DNA of 64,000 nucleotides from Negaprion brevirostris (lineage: Eukaryota). A program made the position numbers and the translations under genes. The DNA is taken from positions 32,481,572 through 32,545,571 of the forward strand of contig JARDVH010000121.1 in NCBI GenBank assembly GCA_030324005.1, in the 5' to 3' direction. This document shows, one piece after another, positions 51,485-64,000 of this stretch. A model generated the notes under the pieces. It did no database searches, had not been told where the DNA came from, and worked only from the letters and a program-made list of their open reading frames with translations. Position 1 is the stretch's first letter; every line of letters begins with the position of its first letter.

Positions 51485-52146
51485 CTTAAACTCACTGTCA
51501 GCGATAGCCCTGGTCCTGAGAAAGTCTAGCCTATAGCAAAACCAAAAATTACTCATTATATTCATACGACTACAGCTTTTAAGTGGTTGCAGTATTGAGG
51601 CCCTGTGAAATTCCCTATCGAATTGATTAACCTTGCTTACAAAGCTCCCCATCTTAGGGTTCCCAAACTTTGCATTTATTTTGCGATGACTGTACTTTAT
51701 CAAGCCAGATCCACAGCACAGTGGGAAAAGGACTTGCATTGAAATTAGTAGTTAGTCCAGAGCAAAGAGGTGCAGGTGGGTGGCCAAGCACGTTTGAAAT
51801 ACATTCACGGGCCCAAGCCTCAGTTTTGGGCTGGTTTTGATGTTTCATGGTCCACAAGAAAGGGGCGCACAGCAGCTTCCAGGCAGGTGAAGACCCAGTT
51901 ATCATTGGACATCCACCTGCTTGCAGGTAAGTGACAGGAAGTTGGTTGTTAGAGGGTCTCATGTGAGGGAAGAGGAAACAAGGTGGATTATCACACTTGT
52001 AAAGGCACAGCAGAGTCTATCTAGAATCATTTGTTCTTCTTTCAGGCAACCTTGAAGCCTTTAAGGTGCAGCATTGCACCTTCATCAGATTTTTATTGGG
52101 CCTATATGATGGACAGGCTGGATTTCTTTGGGTGGCCTGGGAATTT

Positions 52147-52446
52147 ATAGAATCTTAGAATCCCTACCTGCAGGAGAAGGCCATTTGGCCCATCGAGTCT
52201 GCAGTGACCACAATCCCACCCAGGCTCTAACCCCATGTATTTACCCTGCTAACCTTGCTGACATTTCGGTGAAAATTAGCATGGCCAATCCACCCAACCT
52301 GCACATCTTTGGACTGTGGGAAGAAACCCATGCAGAAACAAGGAGAATGTGCAAACTCCACACAGACAGTCACCCGAGGCTGGAATTGAATCTGGGTCCC
52401 TGGCACTGTGAGGCAGCAGTGCTACCCATTGTGCCATCGTGGTGCC
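52147..52446 (-). mobile_element. HE1/V-SINE-like SINE, tail type A
   Basis: ATAGAATCTTAGAATCCCTAC tail, core and head in antisense. Confidence 0.88.
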
Positions 52447-55400
52447 CTCAAAGTCTCTGCCAGCTGTAAGAGGAGAGGACAGAAAACTCATCAGACTGCT
52501 TCCCCCATCCCAGATTGGAATTTAGAATGGAGCAGAAGCAAGTTCTCCTCTCAAATTCCTGTTCTCTCGTGGAAAATCCATCGTGTCCATGACCTTCCTC
52601 ACCCTGGGAATTAAAGCCCCAACGCAGATGAGGAAAGCAAACTAGGAGAAAAATTACAGCCAAGATTGCATTTGGTGACTTGGATCTGAAGCATTGAGTA
52701 TAGATCTTGGACTTTTCTGGATTTATGCCTTGGTCTTAACAATACAAAGTTNNNNNNNNNNTATGTGGGCATCTTGGGTTAGGTAACAAGTTCAGATTTA
52801 GTGCAAAATGGTAATTGCTATGTCCCCATAAATGACTGTTTACTGCTGTTGTAGCTGTTTTTCGTAATTCATGCGTGAGAAGATAGTAAGTTCCATATGT
52901 ATCAGATTTCCCAATCTTAGTTCAAAGATGGCTTGAAGACCAATTTGAAGCTGCCTGATTCAAAAAAGGCTTTAATCTGGTCAGAAGTTTCACAGAGCAG
53001 CCATTTTGTCTCAGATTGGTCGCATTAGATGTATTGGCTTAATGTTGTGAAGAAACCAACCTTTCCTTTTCACTTAGCGTAAGCCTCCCCCCTCTTTAAA
53101 TGACATGCAAATGAATTAACAACACTGAAGTCAAGCCTTTAATTTTGCTACAGCTGCCATTTTGTACTTGATATGGATGGGAGCTGGGTCATGGAATGCT
53201 CCTCCAAGGTTGAATTATCCTGTATTTCTTTTCCTGATCTTCAACTTGAGGCCAAACACAACTCACTTTGTGGTTCCCTGCCTGGCCAGTACCAAGAATC
53301 TGCTACGGTTAATATTTTATCAACAATTTTTTAAATGTTTTGTACTTTCTATCTTGTCCATACTGCTGAGTTTTGAGAGAGTTAACTAGCTCATCATAAA
53401 ATATTCAGAATTTTCCCAATGTTTCCTCAGAGTAACTGAAGACACTGTAAATGTCGTTGTAACGGCTGGGACTGGGGCAGCGTGAAGGGAATGGGGAGAA
53501 TCACTAAATGCTGTTGTGTTAAACCCTCTTTATGTCCACAGTTGGGGACTTACAATCAGTAGCATTAACTGGCATGGGGGAAGTCAAGCCTCAAGTACTT
53601 ACAAGCGTACAAAGCAGAAACTCCTACAGTTTAGGTAAAAATGCAAATCCTGCATCATTTCTGAAAGACAGTTTCAAGGATAAAAGGTGATATCTTTGCA
53701 CGTTTCTTAGAAAGGAAAACGCAATGGACTCGACTCCCCAGATCCTCATAGTTTTACCTCATGAGGTGTTTTTGAAATACGGTTGTGTAGTTCATTAGGT
53801 ATTTTAAGTAAACACTGCATCCTTATCAGCATTAATCTGATGAAGTCATTATTTTCTTTGGAAGTTTTCAAAAGGCAATTGGAATATTTTTGCATATTCT
53901 ATGCATAATTATTAATCACAGATTAATACCGAAAGTGCCATTTTTCATCTCTCCTTGGACTAGCGATCAAAGTGATATTCTATCTGGGCACTGTTCAAAG
54001 AGCTTTGTGCACCTCATTATGGTTCCACTAAAGCTTTTGTGGTGAAGCTAACTATGTAGACCCTGGAGTTTTACAATCTGATAGAACTTGTGGTGTTGCC
54101 TGTGCACGGGAGAAGCTAAGTCTCACTGTTTTATTGTAGTGGCATATGCATTTAAATCTTGGCTGCCTTTCAGAATAGAAATCCAACCTGCGAAGAAACG
54201 TTTAAATACATTCAGCAAAACCTGCTTAGTTCCATGCTCCTCCAGGACTCAGTTGTAAATAGTCTGTTACCTAACTATAAAGACCATAAAGTTTCAATTT
54301 CTGACCACTGCTGATTTACCAAGCAGATCATTGAGGTGGGATGGATGGCGGGGTGGGGACTATGGTTAGACACAATATCTATGACCCAAACAGAAAGAAA
54401 ATCACCTTGCATTCCCCTGTTAATCACTACCTGGTTACTGCTGATGAGAGGTGTGCCCACCTGATTCAATTGGGATACTTATGGTTAACTTACCTGGTGA
54501 TACTCACTGTTTGGGCCCATGACTAAAGAAGGCTACATTGCGCTGTCATTGGACTGAGATGGTTGTTGAAACCTTAAATAACTTATTAGTTTCTTATTGT
54601 TGCATTCTGGTACTGATTATTTTCAACAAAGACATTGTTGCCTTGAACATTTATTCTGAAGTATTTATGGTGCACCTTACAATGTCATTTGATGCCTTGG
54701 TTGCAGTATTTCGCTACCAGTAAGGTTTGATGTTGCGTTACTTCACATTCTCAATTTCTTCACGTTTCACATTTTGTAAGGGTCGACACAGTAGATTGTA
54801 AGCTCAAGTGCAGCATTAGAATCTAGACCAGTGAGCTCTTTGTGTGCTGTTATAGGACTAAAATGGCACTTGCTCTGCGCATACGTTTGGGATAAATCGT
54901 ATTGGATGCCGTATCAATGAGGGTGCTAATTTTTGGAGTTCATTGTTTCAATCCTCTCTTAGCCTTGCACAGCTGAACCGTCATTCACGCAACAGGAAGA
55001 ATGCCACACCAGCATTATTTCAAAGGATTATCAACTGCTTCCAGGTTAGTTAGTCACTGATTTCTTCTGGCCATCGTTTCAATTCTACTTGCATTTGCTG
55101 CTTTCTATAGTGGTATAAATTTGCAACAGACTACAACAAGGAGCAGAGTGGCAGGCACTGAAGAGCTTTGACTGACTCAAGACTTCCACACAAAGCAGTT
55201 GGACATCTTAGAAAAACACATGTTGGGAAGACAAAACGGAGGCCACACAGAACACGACAAGCTGCTGGAAGATGGAGGAAGGGGAGAAGAGCTCTATCTG
55301 CTCAATGTGTTTAGCGAGCAATTTGCCTGCGTGTGCCCCAGCAAGGAATACTGATAGACATCTGCATTGCACTAAGGTGTCCTCACTGAAATCTGTCACT

Positions 55401-56194
55401 GGCTGCAGGCAGATCTCTGATCTGAGGAAGGGAAAAGGTCACATTGCCAGTGTCTGGGAAGGTGATGAACATTTGTGAATATGGTCCCTTGCTGTAGTGA
55501 AGCAGGTGAAGCAAGTTTAACTAGGATTGCAGGATGCTATTTACTTTGCATCACTATGTAGGTGCAACATGTCAACCAAAATAAATTTCATTTCCTCAAT
55601 ATGTCATCACAGGTGGGGAATCATTCTGGTCAATGCCCAATATCTCAGCAGCAATCCTGATCTCTTCGTTCTGCAGCTTTCCACTGTGTGAGCTGCAGTG
55701 GAGCCACTGTGGTTAACCACATGGTGACCACTGCGTGATGAGGACTAAATGCTCTGACATGACTTATGGTTGTGTTGCGTAGAAAAAACACACACAAACA
55801 TGCACATATTAAAATAAGGGATCACTCATTTAAAACAGAAGTGAGGTGTATTGTTTTCACTCAGACAGTCGTTAATCTTAATCGTTAATCTTTGAAACTC
55901 TCTTCCTGAAAAGGCAATGAAAACAGAGGAATTTTTCCATTGCACCCACCATGGGAGTTGTAGTGTGTAGGACAGAAAATTTGGCAGACCAGTTAAAGGA
56001 GCATTGACCTCAGGTGGGAATTCCCGGTCTTGGGGCGCATGCAGCCTGAAAATCCTGCCCAAAATCTTTTNNNNNNNNNNNNNNNNAAGCAAGGAGGTAA
56101 TAGATTATCGTGCGTAAGTGCAATGCAGATTTGAGATTACTATCAGATGAACAATGATCTTATTAAATGGCAGAGCAGGCTCGAGGGACCAAAT

Positions 56195-56500
56195 CATAGA
56201 ATCCTTTCAGTTTAGAATGAGGCCATTTGGCCCATTGAGTCTGCACCGACCACAATCCCACCCAGGACCTATTCTGCATAACTTCACATATTTACCCTGC
56301 TTATCCCCCTGACACTAAGGGGCAATTCAGCATGGCCAATCCATCTAACCCACACATCTTTGGAGTGCGGGAGGAAACCAGAGCACCCAGAAGAAACCCA
56401 CACAGACACGGGGAGAATGTGCAAACTCCACACAGACAGTCACCTGAGGCCAGGATTGAACCTGGGTCTCTGGCGCTGTGAGGCAGCAGTGCTGACCACA
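56195..56500 (-). mobile_element. HE1/V-SINE-like SINE, tail type A, inserted in a CR1 3' tail
   Basis: Antisense SINE splits GGCAGAGCAGGCTCGAGGGACCAAAT from GCCTATTCTCC of a plus-strand CR1 tail (about 55820-56510). Confidence 0.85.
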
Positions 56501-56824
56501 TGCCTATTCTCCCTTTTTCATATGGTCACATGTTCCTCAAGCCCTAAGTTAGCCTTTTATTTCTATCTGGATTATTTCCCATTCATCACTGTTCTTTACC
56601 TTTTAAATCACTTTAATTATGTCTTCCTTTTTAAAACTTCTCAACTATTTTCCTTTGATGAATCTTCTAAGTTCTGCCAGAGATCTGAATGGATGACATC
56701 CATTGCACTTTAGTTGATAATTAGTGCAGAAGTATGAACTTGTGAATGTTTTAGATTTGAATTACTAAGCGCAAACTTTGAACTTGCTTATTGTGTTCCA
56801 TTTTATATCTGGTGGAATATTCAC

Positions 56825-57335
56825 CACTTGTCTGGATGAGTAGAGCTCCAACAAAACTTGAAATTCCATCCAGGACAAAGCAGCCCACTTGATTGGCATC
56901 CTGTCCACAAAACAGTAATTCCCACCACCACTGACACAGTGTCAGCAGGCACCAGAGTCTGGCAACTCAGGATTTTTACAGTAACTTCATTGCAGTGTTA
57001 ATATAAGCCTAAGTGACTAATAAATAAACTTTAACTTTTCAAACTCACGACCACTATCATCTAGAAGGACAGAGGCAGCAGACAAATGGGAACACTACCA
57101 CCTGAATGTTCCTCTCCAAGTCACTCATCATCCTGACTTGGAAATATATCATCGTTCCATAACTATGGCTGCGTCAAAATTCTGGAGCTCCCTCCCAAAC
57201 AGCACTGTGAGTGCACCTGCATCACAGGGCTTGCAGCAGTTCAAGATGGCAGCTCACCACCATCTTCTCAAGGGCCATCAGATTTGGGAATACATACAGA
57301 CCTAGCCAGCGATGCCCATGTCCCTTGAATTAATT
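56825..57335 (+). mobile_element. L2/CR1-group LINE 3' fragment containing an isolated SINE tail B (about 56945-57040)
   Basis: CTGGATGAGT..GCTCCAAC..CCATCCAGGACAAAGCAGCC..TTGATTGGCA...GCAGCAGTTCAAGATGGCAGCTCACCACCATCTTCTCAAGGGC; the tail B sequence interrupts it. Confidence 0.65.
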
Positions 57336-59499
57336 TTTTAAAAGAAAGAGTCAAATTGCCTTTAATCATACTTCTTATAAGAACCTCCAGCACATTCCCA
57401 AAGCTAATCTTTGAGATAATCTTTTTCTCAAGTGTGTTGTTATGTCAGCTGTTTTACCATTGTCTCTGAGCTATGATAAAATGTTCCTGCCAGCACTCGC
57501 ACTGTTTCCTCCCAAAGTTCCTTTCATGTCATTGGGTGGATATCACCAGATATACAAAAAACACTTTTTTTCACTTATAATTTCAAACTGATAGTTTCTT
57601 TTCTCACTTCAGTTCTCATTATTAAATCCACCTAGGTCCTTTTGATTTGTTTGAAAGGTCCAGAGTATATTTTTAATCAATTTATATTTGTCAAGTTAGC
57701 CCCATTCTTTTTCTCCTTTTGAAGGCTTTGATGAGATGTGATTGCTGTTTTTGCCCAGTTCATGTGCTCAATGTTCATGTATTTAACTTTGCAGTGTTTC
57801 AGGACTAAGTTTGAGCTCTCCCAGATCAAGTGATCCTGAGACCAGTTATAGCAATGCTTAGACAAGCAAACAGGTGTGCCCAGAAAAATAGCAGATACTG
57901 TATTCCAAAATTCTTCTTTGTACGGTTCATTCTTGAGATTTTTTGACATAATATAAATTTAATATTTAAAATCAAACTGATTACTGTTACGAATGGATCA
58001 GGCACTAAAAGCTAGTGGTTGTACTTTTACACTGCACTTGTTGATTCCCAGTCAGCAGTTAAGAGAGAGTGGTGACAATAGTGTTTGAATTAACGAAGTG
58101 TTGTGTAGCCATCTTAATGAGTGCTAGAAACAATTTAATTGGCAATTAGCCCCTTGATGATCATTTGAGGGGGAGCATTCCTAGTCAGCCCCTTTACCAA
58201 AGGATTTCTTGTGGGAAACATTGGCTAAAGCAGCATTTCAGCTGGAGGCCTTGTGGCCAGCTTTTTAGCAAGCAGACAAGCCAACAATAATCACCACCTT
58301 TATGTGGTATAATTAGAGCCCAAATATTTTAATTTTCCAATCTTATTATCCCTGGAAACTTCCTTTCTGTTGTTCTTTTTATGTTCTTGTTCCTTAGATT
58401 TCCTTAAGACATCTTTATCTCTTTCTCAAAGTTAAACAATGACACTGAGCGCTGATTTACCTTCTGAAGAAAATTTGTTAATTTAGTTCTTTGAGCATAA
58501 AATTATACATTTTGTCATCAAGGCTTCAAATCCAAATACACCATTTTCATTGGCAACCTAACATTTTATTTAACACTATGGTCTCACCTTTTCAGTTTCA
58601 CTTATGTATTTTGCTCTGATAAGCTCTCTAACCATTCCTGATTGATTGCTTAGTATCCTATCCATAATACTATCTGATTGTATGCTGTAAACCTATTGGA
58701 TAATTGGAATATATATTGATATGATGGACTAATGAATTAATAATTGTATACTGAAATTTTTAAACAATGCTGAGGGATGTGTATTCATTACTGTAATGGA
58801 AATTTATCAACTTGATAATCCACTTAAGTTGAAAGGATTCCATTTTACTAGGGAGAGAAGGGGACAGGATCAACTTGTGCCCACCAATCCAGTAAATTAT
58901 GTGGGCTAATTAGAAGATATATTTGTTTTGGAAGATGTTAGGTGCTCTGCCCCTCGCCCCCTCCTTATCAACATTTGAAACTCAGTCAATCATTCATAAT
59001 GATAACAGTTCTTGAAAGATGTCCATAAAGAATTCTATTGAAATTGTGGAACAGATGGTTAGTTTATTCTAACCTAAAGCAGATGGCCTGTCAATCAAAG
59101 TAATCCAGTAGGTGTTTTTTTTTGAACTCTCATTAGTAGCTTGAGCCTAATTTTTCTAAGTTTAAAGAGCAGGGAATTTTAAAAACGTTCCTGTCACTTA
59201 AACATCCTATATATGACTGTCAAGAATGCTTATCAATATTCCATAAATTTATGCCTCCCACAATGAAAGTTTAAATAATTGGAACAACCAAAATGAGTCT
59301 GCTTGAATTCAGTACTAAGTTTAAATGTTCCCACTGAGTTTAGGTTTCTGACCTGTACAAATCACACCGTGACTCTTTCCCCTGCTGGCAAAAATTGAAT
59401 CTATTGGAAAGGGGAGCAGGACCTCTGTATCCAGGTCCTGCCTGCCATTCTTAAAGATCTGTTGAGTCTCCCCAACTCTGCAAAAATCTGACACTGAGT

Positions 59500-60378
59500 T
59501 AAGACATGCTGCAATCTGTGTGGATAAATTGCAGAAAGGGATATAGATTAAGTGAATGGAAAAATGGTGGCGAAAGAAGGTCAGTAATGGAGGGGGGAGA
59601 GGTGTGTGTGAAACCCTACATTTTTGATCTGAGGATAAATAAATTGGATTAATTTTTAAAGAGTGACTAGGAGCTGTGGAGGAGCAAAAGTATTTAGATG
59701 CCCATATAAAGAAATCACTAAATAAACTAATGTACAGGTACAAAACTTAATCAAAAAATTTAACATGATGTTGGTCATTGCCTCATAAAAGGATGGAATA
59801 CAAGAGTGAAGAAATTTTGGCCATGTTGTAGGGAACCTTGGTAAGAAACCATTTGGACTCGAGTATTCTGTTTCAGGTACTGCACCCCAGAATTATACCA
59901 GAAATATATGGTTGGAAGCAGTCTAGTTAAATTGGAAAGATTCCAGCATTACACCAGAAATATATGGTTAATCCAATTGAATGGGATAATCCCAGAATTA
60001 TACCAGAAATATATGGATGAGAACAATCTAATTGAGATCTTTAAAATGAGAAAGAAATTTAATAGGGTCGATATCAAGAAAGCTATTTCTTCTGATGAGG
60101 GAATCCAGAATAATAGAATACGCTTTTAAGATTAGAACTAGGCCTTTCAGGAGTGTTTTCAAGGGACCCTATTCAGATGAAGTGTAACAGAAATCCAGCA
60201 GAATTCTCCCAAAAGATTGTGAATGCTGGGTCAAATGAAATTTCCAAAGCAGAGAATGATGGTTTTAATGGGACGCAGAGCTGAGATGTGCGAATGGAGT
60301 TCACATGCAGAACATCATTATTTCAAAGTTGGATGGAACAGAATTGAGAGGCTTAATAGTCTACTTCTATTTCTATGA
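59500..60378 (+). mobile_element. Old CR1-like LINE 3' remnant with an internal triplicated ~25-bp motif
   Basis: NLIEIFKMRKKFNRVD resembles CR1 DLIEVFKIMKGFDRVD; tail CTACTTCTATTTCTATG; CCAG(A/C)ATTA(T/C)ACCAGAAATATATGG occurs three times in 59887-60016. Confidence 0.65.
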
Positions 60379-62673
60379 TTAAGACATGACACTATCAACA
60401 TGGGCACAACCTAGCCTTTGTAATCACTGTTGCTTTTTTGCAATCCCTGTATTTTTTTGTTGTATTGAATTCTATGCATTGTTGCCCTTCTACTTAAATT
60501 CAGAGAGAGTTTTTCTTGCTGATCTCACAATTGATCTATCTAAATATTAGCGTGCAGTGTACTTAATAATGAAATTAATCCAGACAAACATATCTAATTG
60601 TATCTGTTAAATCAGCGCAGCCAAGCCCATGCATATTAAATCGATCAAGGCCAGTTTACACATCTAAGTATTGCTCTTGCAGTTTGTTTTACATAGGTTC
60701 CAGTATGTGCATTACTGTCATGGGTAGCATCCAAAGAAACAGCTTATCTTTTATTGGCCCAGGTGGGCTAGCTGCGAAGATGTTCTCCTTTCGATATTCC
60801 AGCCTTGTCATAATGGATAAATGATTGTCAGGATAGTCAGTAATGAAGGTTATTGTAGAATTGTGAAAATCAACTACATTTTTATTTGAGGGCCTACCAA
60901 ACTAGGTTGCACCAGTGAAACTGAGTTTTTTTTACAGAAACTACATGGGACTTCTTCCAAAGGCTGGAACACTTTAATAAGGTATGTAGAGAAGATTTGA
61001 TTCCTGACAGTTTTGAATTGCAGCCCACTCAGGCAAAGCATGTGGGATATACTTTTTAAAAAATGTATTGTAGACTAATTCTGACCGTCGAATTGAGACC
61101 AGATTACATTCGGAGTGTGTGAATTTCTTCATTTAAAAAAAAGAATGTAAAAATGGCCTGTATGAGTGAGAGAAGGGAAACTGCAGCTATAACTCGGGGA
61201 GTCCCTGTCTATAGCACCCAGACAGAAATAAACTGGAGCCCTGACAAAACAACAAAAATTTAATTTTGAAGTCTGCAAAATACAGTGCACTCTTTTATAA
61301 CTGCACATATCCAATTTGTTATGATAGCAAAGTAAGCTCTATGGCAACCGTTGTAATATTCTGGTGCTGACTGCCCGGGAAGGATGGGGAAAGCCGTTGT
61401 TTGTTATTTCTGGCCGAGCTTGCTGGCTTGACTCTCTCTTATTCTGTAGGGGGACCTTTGAGAGCATTCTTTTCCACATGAGAAGCTCTGCCAATCTGGC
61501 ACGATCCACTCCCCACCACCCCCCCACAAACTCCTATTTTCAGCTGTTTGCCTCCAAAATGTCTGATCTACAGAAGGTTTACAGTGGCAAAAGTTATTGG
61601 AAAAAATTAAACACACAAGGGCACTTTGCAGAAATTTGTTGCATTGCTTAACAAGACTTCCCCCCCTCTATAAACAGCTCTTGTAAACTGCTGTGCACAG
61701 CTATCTGCTGTACTTCTTATTCACTTATTGGAGTGCCAAACTTTAAACCTTTTGATCATTTTCTTCAACTCTGGACCAACTATAGAAAAAATAATGAGGG
61801 TTTGGTTTGCAGGTAGCCCTCAGAATTTGACATTCAGCAATTTTTGTGTTTTATTCTTTAATGAAAATCATATTGGGATTTCTGTTCAGTGAGTGCTGAT
61901 ACTTGTAATCTACTTGCCAGTTTAAGAAAGGGTTCTGTTGAGATTACTGGGGAAGAAAAACAAATAGCAACCACAGGCATAAAAAGTCTCCATTTAGTTC
62001 AGTCTATTGTTAGTATTCTGCTCTATGATTGATAAGTTAATGTTGTTGTACTGGAGTTGCCATGTGATAGAGTGTTTTCCCTGATACCACCCACATTCCA
62101 CAGGCCTCACATAGTTGCTCCTTATTTCACTATGAGTCATTAGCGGCTACTGTGTCCAAAAAGGTAATAAGTTTATCTAGCTTTTTGTTTATTCAGTGAA
62201 AACTCTGAATGAAATAACATTGGTCAGCTCTGGAAGTCTATCTACGGAAGTCTTGCGATGACAACATTTGACAATTTTTTTTGTATGATGGGTAATTCTC
62301 ACGGCCTGGACAGCTGCAAAAATAAACTGAACTACCAATTGTATTACAGGTGCTATAAGAGGAGGGACATGACCTTTGCTGTATTGCAAATATTTTCCAA
62401 TTTGCAATTTTTTAAAAAAATTGCCATTTCCTTGATGGAATGTCAAAATGGTTTGTGGAAAATGGAAAATATGCACCACAGCAGCAGAGATGTCCAGAGA
62501 ACAGCGCTAAAGATATGCTTGAAAAAACAAAAAAGTCTACTTTTACTGTTTTTCTTGTTATTTTACATCTAAGGTAACTGGGTCAATTCTTTTTTCGAAT
62601 TATTAGATATACCAAGACAAAAACTGAAAGGGTAATTTTTGTGTTGACCAAGGTGTCATGGATTGATATATTC

Positions 62674-62917
62674 CTTGGGTCACTGTCTGTGTGGAGTAAG
62701 TACATTCTCCCTGTGTCTGCAGGGATTTCCTCCTGGTGCGCCAGTTTCCGCCCACACGTCAGAGGTGTGTGGGTTAAGGTGATTGACTATGCTAAATTGC
62801 CCATTAGTGTCAGGGGGATTAGCAGGGTAGGTGTGAAGGGTTAAGGAGATAGGGCCTGTCGATGCAGGCTCAGTGGGCTGAAAGGCCTCCTTCTACACTG
62901 TGGGGATTCTAGTATTC
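62674..62917 (+). mobile_element. 5'-truncated HE1-like SINE, tail type A
   Basis: CTTGGGTCACTGTCTGTGTGGAG core through GGCCTCCTTCTACACTGTGGGGATTCT tail. Confidence 0.85.
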
Positions 62918-63644
62918 TCTGTCGCACATGGCCAGACTGCACATATGAATAGTGACACGTCAGTGAATAGGCAATCTCACTGCATGGGTTTCACACCACA
63001 TGGAGGATGATTCCATTGTGATATCAAACTGTTTTGGGATCCAAGACCATAATGACGTTCTTATGAATGTGGTGGGTTTATTTTAATCTGTGAATAGTCC
63101 CGACATGGAACTCCACATCGCCAGGACAACGTATGATTACAGATCTGCATGTGACGCCCACAGTTTTGTGTTAAAATGAATAGATAGAAATTAGGGGATG
63201 CACATGGCAAATTCCAAATGTGCAGTCTGTACATACAATTATTTGTGCTGAAAAAGCTGCAAGGGAAGATTTATCTGTGTAATGTCAACGTGAGTTTGTT
63301 TAGAGAGTGCATATACTGTTGCCCATGTGCAGAGTACATTTAATTGATGGATATGGAGGTTCTGCACATGTGTGTAAGCACTTAATGCTGAACTCTCTGC
63401 TGGATCAGACAGTCCAAACCACAAGCAGGTGGTGGATCTGAGATTGGTAGCTACACAGCAATTGTACCTTGAACAATATGATTTCTGGGATCTTTCGGAC
63501 TGCTCGCTATGACAGGTACATAAATATTTAATTATTTAGCAAACATGTGACCAACTTTTCTGTTCGAAATCCTTTAGAGTTGCAGAATTCTCAAGTGGCT
63601 TATTTAAAAAAAGACAGGGAACTATTTCTTCTCTGAGCTGCAAA

Positions 63645-63840
63645 CGACAGTGGTTAAAGAGGCAATGGCGACATGAAATAAATGTTTTTGCATAGTGATG
63701 GTCAGGATCTGGACTGCACTGCCTGAGAGTGTGGTAGAGGCAGATCCAGTTGTGGTTTTCAGAAGAGAATAGGACAATTATCTGAAGAGGAAAGATTTTC
63801 AGGGTTGCAGGAAAAGGCAGGTGAGTAGGCCTAAGGGTGC
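63645..63840 (+). mobile_element. CR1-like LINE 3' fragment
   Basis: GGATCTGGACTGCACTGCCTGAGAGTGTGGTAGAGGCAGAT encodes the WNALPESVVEA-like CR1 ORF2 end. Confidence 0.7.
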
Positions 63841-64000
63841 CGTTCTCATGGACACATTAGAAGAGGGACATAGGTCAAAATTTTCAGTTGCAAGTAAAAA
63901 TCAGGAACACTGGCACCAGTAATGCTGGGGTTCCACTCTGAGATATAAAAGACCAGTTCAGGCAAGTTTTACTGATGCTCTTCATGTCCAAGTTTTACCA

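Noticed and set aside
62197-62261. Possible terminal NFATC2 exon (V)KTLNEITLVSSGSLSTEVLR* after a good acceptor
   Set aside because: Only NEI resembles the expected VNEIIRKEF-type ending; too weak. The true last exon is probably beyond the window.

Overview
Eukaryotic (vertebrate) genomic DNA, almost certainly a shark or other elasmobranch judging by the SINE content, with many short N gaps. The window is the interior of one plus-strand gene, an NFATC2 (NFAT1) orthologue. Five coding exons with canonical AG/GT boundaries and matching phases are visible: 10813-10985, 13893-14033, 34807-34862, 37771-37900 and 39787-40632, equivalent to human exons 5-9 (Rel-homology/IPT domain plus C-terminal region). 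I did not find the upstream exons or the terminal exon. The rest is intronic, with about 18 HE1/V-SINE-like copies carrying two alternative 3' tails, CR1-, RTE- and L2-like LINE remnants, DeuSINE-like relics, MITE-like hairpins and a 32-bp minisatellite. The most interesting signal is a family of inverted-repeat, Penelope-like terminal elements carrying minimal hammerhead ribozyme cores, one apparently intact in the sense strand of the pre-mRNA at 41322-41358. Two pieces of this family sit inside tRNA-derived SINE heads. Exon 9 has a five-copy His/Ser-Pro-Thr repeat. Nearly all other ORFs in the track are spurious. Repeat family names and human comparisons are from recall, not database searches; repeat boundaries are approximate.
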